A stretch of 64,000 nucleotides of DNA, from positions 8,605-72,604 of the forward strand of contig JBIOKR010000006.1 in assembly GCA_044451945.1 (NCBI GenBank), written 5' to 3'. Every line of letters begins with the position of its first letter. The stretch's first letter is position 1. Both the position numbers and the translations under genes were made by a program. Positions 60,433 through 64,000 of the stretch are shown here, in pieces. The notes beneath the pieces were generated by a model, which saw only the letters and a list, made by a program, of their open reading frames with translations, did no database searches and was not told the DNA's origin. The stretch comes from Candidatus Lutacidiplasmatales archaeon (GTDB lineage Archaea; Thermoplasmatota; Thermoplasmata; Lutacidiplasmatales; UBA184).

Positions 60433-60672
60433 TTGAGCGAAACCCCTACTCGGGTTCAAGGGCAGTACCTGGCCTACATCTACAGCTACACGAGGGTCCA
60501 CCGGCGACCCCCCTCGGAGAACGAGATCGCCGAGTTCTTCGGAGTCCGAGGGCCGTCGGCCCATCGAACGATCGTTGGGCTCGAGAGTCGTGGATTCCTC
60601 TCCCGAATTCCGGGCCAACCCCGAACGCTCACGGTGCTGCTTCCCCGAAAAGACATACCGGATCTGGAATGA
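60433..60672 (+). CDS. stand-alone LexA-N-terminal-like winged-helix DNA-binding protein
   Basis: 79 aa. QGQYLAYIYSYTRVHRRPPSENEIAEFFGVRGPSAHRTIVGLESRGFLSRIPGQPRTLTVL follows the LexA_DNA_bind pattern. TTG start 2 nt after the HEPN stop. Confidence 0.65.
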   Translation: MSETPTRVQGQYLAYIYSYTRVHRRPPSENEIAEFFGVRGPSAHRTIVGLESRGFLSRIPGQPRTLTVLLPRKDIPDLE

Positions 60673-60756
60673 ACTCGATTGGCGACCCGCTGACGTGCTT
60701 CCGGGCGGCCGAGCCCTGCGAGAAGGACTCATCGTGCGGCCGGCTCGCACTAGCGT

Positions 60757-60774
60757 ATCCCGGCGGGCCCGTCG
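60757..60774. repeat. direct repeat copy 2 (putative attR)
   Basis: ATCCCGGCGGGCCCGTCG, identical to 58936-58953. 20 of 21 identical when extended 3 nt to the left. Confidence 0.75.
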
Positions 60775-60849
60775 TCCCCATCTGTCGCGTGTCGCTCGGC
60801 CGCCACCGAAGGCCCCGGAAGGTGCCGTAGGCTTCGTGCGAAAGGATCC

Positions 60850-61257
60850 TTAGTTCAGCCAGAGTGTTTCGTGGAGTTCACGGAAGTGAGCGTCTCCGGT
60901 GAGGAGGCGAGCCCTGGTGCGGCGAGTGGTAGCGAGCACCAAGCCGTCTCCAAGACCCGGAGGGTTGAGTCGTCGGGACCTGGCAAGCTCCCGAAGCTCG
61001 CGGGTCGCCAACGAGGCGACGGCCACCAAGTCGGGGTCGATCGGGACAAGGGCTGAGGACTCGACGATTCCCCTCAGTTCTCGCCGAATCTGACCTTCCT
61101 CGAAACCTTCCCGCAGACACTTGTGGGCTACCTCTGCCAACACAATCGCAGGCGTGTAGCAGGATTCGGCTGCCTCCATGAGGCCCTTGACCTTGACCCC
61201 GAGTGGGGTTCCTTTGATCAACTCAATCCACGCATAGGAGTGAATCGTGAGACTCAA
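60850..61257 (-). CDS. vapC: PIN-domain protein (VapC-like toxin)
   Basis: 135 aa. IVLAEV (Glu), GLGDGLVLATT (Asp), LLTGDAHF (Asp). The first strand reads LTIHSYAWIE, with His where PIN domains normally have Asp. TTG start. Confidence 0.72.
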   Translation of the reverse strand: MSLTIHSYAWIELIKGTPLGVKVKGLMEAAESCYTPAIVLAEVAHKCLREGFEEGQIRRELRGIVESSALVPIDPDLVAVASLATRELRELARSRRLNPPGLGDGLVLATTRRTRARLLTGDAHFRELHETLWLN

Positions 61258-61513
61258 GACGATCCTCCTCGCGGAACTTGGAAATGGCCCCCTGTCCGCT
61301 TCCGAGGATCCAATTGAGCGCCCGTGCGCGTCGCTCCCGTACCAGCTTCAGAATGGTCTCGTCGGCGCTGCGGGTATGGAAGACCTCTCTCAAGCGCTCC
61401 AGTTCGGTCAGGGTCTGCCGCGAGACGCGCACGGACGTGTCAGCGACGGCCATGGCCGACTGCATGCGAGCATGCATGATGAGAGTTCCCTGGTCGATGA
61501 ACAATGGGCGCAT
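61223..61513 (-). CDS. putative VapB-type antitoxin (RHH-like)
   Basis: Small ORF immediately upstream of and overlapping the PIN gene. VRVSRQTLTELERLREVF looks like a ribbon-helix-helix strand plus helix. The true start may be an internal Met (for example 61465). Confidence 0.55.
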   Translation of the reverse strand: MRPLFIDQGTLIMHARMQSAMAVADTSVRVSRQTLTELERLREVFHTRSADETILKLVRERRARALNWILGSGQGAISKFREEDRLESHDSLLCVD

Positions 61514-61669
61514 CCCGCGGCGTGTATCGGCGGCCGATCCTCGAACAACGTGACCGGTGGATCCCGAACCCTGTAGGGATTGGTGCCCCCGGACCCACTC
61601 TAGCCAGGAGGTCTTGACGGCCCGATGCCGAAGGTGCGTCCCAACGAGGGATCCGGATAACGTGATGGG

Positions 61670-61690
61670 CGAGTTCCGGCGGGACCGCCC
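61670..61690. repeat. degenerate third copy of the tRNA-Arg 3'-end repeat (16/21)
   Basis: CGAGTTCCGGCGGGACCGCCC versus tRNA CGAATCCCGGCGGGCCCGTCG. Same orientation, in the gap between the VapBC pair and the YVTN genes. Confidence 0.3.
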
Positions 61691-61774
61691 TCCCTTTGCA
61701 CGGGTTGTTTCGGGCGGGGGGCCAGGGCACGGCCGGACGGCCGCCCCCGGTTCCCCGTCGGTCGGGGGTCGCCC

Positions 61775-62791
61775 CTATGCGACGATGTACACGATCCCCG
61801 AGCTGAACGCCGCCACATACATCCGGTCGTTGACCTCGTCATACGCGAGCCCACCGGGGAGGGTCGCGACACCCTTGATCGTCTTCACTACGCTGGTGCC
61901 CGAGATGACGGAGATCGTGCCGGCGATCCCGTTTGTGACGTAGATCTCAAGTTTTGCCTGATCCCACGCGATGCCTTGGGGCGCCTTTCCGACCGGGATG
62001 GTCGCCAGGATGTGCCCGGAGCCGGACATCACGGTGACGTTGTTGCCGGTGATGATGTAGTCCGAGTGGTCCGCGACATCGTAGGCGCACCCGTAGGGCG
62101 TCGTCGACCCGAGGAGGACGTTGCCGACCGGTGCCGACAGGGGGGAGTAGGCGTTGAGGAGGGTGATGTTGTAGGACAGTTGGTTCGTGACGACGATCAC
62201 GTTGTAGTACGGGTCGTAGCAGATCCCGAACGGCGAGCTCCCGACCGACACGTTCCCGATGACGGCGGTGCCGGAGATCGCGAAGACGGCGTCGGCGTAG
62301 GCATCCGTGATGAGCATGAGGTTGTCGCCCGGATCCCAGATGATCGATTCGAGGGCGGCGAACGCCGTGTTCGTGATGGTCGAGACGACCGTCGTTCCTG
62401 AGATGACGTAGACGACATTGAGGTTGAGGTCCGTGACGTACATCTCGTTATCCGCGGGGTCGAACGCTGCCGACACGGGCTGGCTCCCGGAGGGCAGGGT
62501 GATCGTTCCCACCAACGTGCAGGTGCCGCTCAGGACGGTGATGTTGGCGCTTCCGTAGTTCGGAACATAGACGTAGTGATTGACGGGGTCGAATCCCGGG
62601 CGGACTGGTTTGGTTCCGACGGCGCACGGGCCGCTGATCGGTCCGTGGACGATCGTCCCAGAAACCGGGTGGAAGGCGCCCGCGCTCAGCACTCCGCCGA
62701 AGGCGAGCATCCCCACGGCCGAGATGCTCATCGCCATCACCGTCCACCCGAATCGCCTATGTCGCGCTCCCTGGTTGCCCCGGTTCTTCAC
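61775..62791 (-). CDS. secreted YVTN-type beta-propeller repeat protein (paralogue 1)
   Basis: Signal-like KNRGNQGARHRRFGWTVMAMSISAVGMLAFGG. Repeats VYVPNYGSANITVLSG, MYVTDLNLNVVYVISG, IVVTNQLSYNITLLNA, IYVTNGIAGTISVISG. Start ambiguous: GTG 62791, ATG 62839 or ATG 62737. Confidence 0.78.
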   Translation of the reverse strand: MKNRGNQGARHRRFGWTVMAMSISAVGMLAFGGVLSAGAFHPVSGTIVHGPISGPCAVGTKPVRPGFDPVNHYVYVPNYGSANITVLSGTCTLVGTITLPSGSQPVSAAFDPADNEMYVTDLNLNVVYVISGTTVVSTITNTAFAALESIIWDPGDNLMLITDAYADAVFAISGTAVIGNVSVGSSPFGICYDPYYNVIVVTNQLSYNITLLNAYSPLSAPVGNVLLGSTTPYGCAYDVADHSDYIITGNNVTVMSGSGHILATIPVGKAPQGIAWDQAKLEIYVTNGIAGTISVISGTSVVKTIKGVATLPGGLAYDEVNDRMYVAAFSSGIVYIVA

Positions 62792-62997
62792 GTTCGTTAT
62801 CCCCTGCCGCTTCTCGAGGGGGGAGCCGGGCACGGTCATCAACCCATCGATGGCGTTCCCCGGCTCCCGGAGCTTCGGCGGGCCGCCGGGCCGGCCTCGC
62901 GGTCGAACCCCGGCGGACCCTGCGCGATTGTGCCATGGGTCGGTCGGCCGGGTCACGGCGGGGTCACCGCGGCCCGGTCGGGGAGCCGGCCCCCCCC

Positions 62998-63987
62998 TTA
63001 TGCGACGATATAGACGACGTTCGAACCGAACGCCGCGACGTACATCCGGTCGTTCACCTCGTCGTAGGTCAGCCCGTAGGGGGTGGTCGCAACGCCCTTG
63101 ATGGTCTTGACGACGCTGGTGCCAGAAATTACGGAGATGGTGCCGGCGTTGCCGTTCGTGACGTACACCGCCAACTTCGCCTGGTCCCAAGCGATGCCCT
63201 TCGGATACTTTCCCACGGGGATGTTCGCCAGCACATAACCGGTGCCGGTCATCACCGTGACCTGGTTGCCGTTGAGGATGTAGTCCTCGTGATTGGCGAT
63301 GTCGAAGGCGCAGCCCGTCGGCCCGTACGACACGTTGATGTTCGCAAGCGCCGATGCGAGAGGGGAGTAGGCGTTCAGCAGGGTGACGTTGGTCGAAGCC
63401 TGGTTGGCGACGACAATCACATTGTAGTAGGGGTCGTAGCAGATGCCGTACGGGTAGCTGCCGACCGCGACCGACCCGATGACCGTGCTGCCGGAGATCG
63501 CGATGACCGCGTTGGCGTAGCTGTCGGCGACCAGCATGAGGTTGTCCCCGGGATCCCAGACGAGTTGCGCCGGGGCGACGAACGACGAGCTCGTGATGGT
63601 CGAGACGACGGTGGTGCCGGAGATGGCATAGACCCCGGGCAGTCCGATGTCCGTGACGTACATCTCGTTGTTCGCCGGGTCGAACGCCGCCGCGTACGGG
63701 ATGCTTCCGAAAGGCAACGTGATCGTGCCGACCTTCACGCAGGTGGCGCTCAGGACGGTGATGTTGGAACTCAAGGAGTTGGGCACGTAGACGTCGTGAT
63801 TGACGGGGTCAAAGCCCGGAAACGTCGGCTCGGTTCCTACCGAGCACGGTCCACTCACCGGACCGTGGCTGATCGTGGAGGAGACCGGACGGAATGCACC
63901 GGCCGTGATCGCCCCGCTCAGGGCGAGCATTCCAACCGCCGAAACGCTCAACGCCATCACGGTCCACTCGAATCGGCCGCGTCGCAA
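62998..63987 (-). CDS. secreted YVTN-type beta-propeller repeat protein (paralogue 2)
   Basis: 329 aa. MRRGRFEWTVMALSVSAVGMLALSG signal, same repeat architecture and colinear with paralogue 1 along the full length. TTG start. Confidence 0.8.
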   Translation of the reverse strand: MRRGRFEWTVMALSVSAVGMLALSGAITAGAFRPVSSTISHGPVSGPCSVGTEPTFPGFDPVNHDVYVPNSLSSNITVLSATCVKVGTITLPFGSIPYAAAFDPANNEMYVTDIGLPGVYAISGTTVVSTITSSSFVAPAQLVWDPGDNLMLVADSYANAVIAISGSTVIGSVAVGSYPYGICYDPYYNVIVVANQASTNVTLLNAYSPLASALANINVSYGPTGCAFDIANHEDYILNGNQVTVMTGTGYVLANIPVGKYPKGIAWDQAKLAVYVTNGNAGTISVISGTSVVKTIKGVATTPYGLTYDEVNDRMYVAAFGSNVVYIVA

Positions 63988-64000
63988 ACCCCTGTTTTCC

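Larger units (their letters stand above)
58936..60774. mobile_element. putative tRNA-Arg-integrated, integrase-less mini-element carrying a HEPN/MNT cassette
   Basis: Bounded by the exact 18-bp direct repeat of the tRNA 3' end. Lower G+C than the core. Cargo is wHTH-MNT, HEPN and a LexA-N-like wHTH gene. No integrase seen. Confidence 0.55.

Noticed and set aside
1-64000. Looked for CRISPR arrays, rRNA genes, transposases/IS elements, integrases and cas genes
   Set aside because: I saw no regularly spaced 25-40-nt direct repeats, no rRNA-like conserved stretches, and no DDE, tyrosine- or serine-recombinase motif in any long ORF.

Overview
This is a dense, high-GC archaeal chromosomal segment with about 60 protein genes and 3 tRNAs. 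By eye it is roughly two-thirds G+C, falling to the mid-50s % in two accessory tracts. Archaeal identity rests on hallmark genes: Alba, RNA polymerase subunits Rpo11/L and Rpo7/E', Spt4, TFS, ribosomal proteins S24e and S27ae, archaeosine synthase ArcS, type II GAPDH, archaeal-type ProRS, a DUF359 dephospho-CoA kinase, DUF373 and a Hef-type helicase. The gene content suggests an uncultured Thermoplasmatota-like euryarchaeon, but this is inference only. Core content covers five groups. (1) Information processing. (2) Central and nucleotide metabolism: purD, gdhA, gap, an aspartase/fumarase-family lyase, ALDH, ACAD and dut. (3) Late quinone-biosynthesis genes: ubiA-ubiD and ubiE. (4) A tungstate/molybdate ABC transporter with a ModE-like regulator. 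(5) Several envelope or secreted proteins: a Kelch+PKD giant, glycosyltransferases and repeat proteins. Many genes have AT-rich TATA-like boxes about 25-33 nt upstream of the start codon, which suggests leaderless mRNAs. Several gene pairs are joined by 4-nt start/stop overlaps. There are two accessory regions. (i) nt 1-3200 is a lower-GC tract of ORFans downstream of tRNA-Val. (ii) nt 58.9-64 kb lies downstream of tRNA-Arg. There, an exact 18-bp direct repeat of the tRNA 3' end brackets a 1.8-kb integrase-less cassette carrying wHTH-MNT, HEPN and a LexA-like wHTH gene. That cassette is followed by a VapBC-like pair with a degenerate third repeat copy, then by tandem YVTN beta-propeller paralogues. 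Other leads are an effector-less STAND NTPase-TPR protein with an NTPase-less paralogue directly upstream, a 20%-tyrosine secreted protein family, and an unclassified GW[ND]GxxWL repeat protein. I saw no CRISPR array, rRNA, transposase or integrase. All functional calls come from motif recognition by eye; no database search was run.
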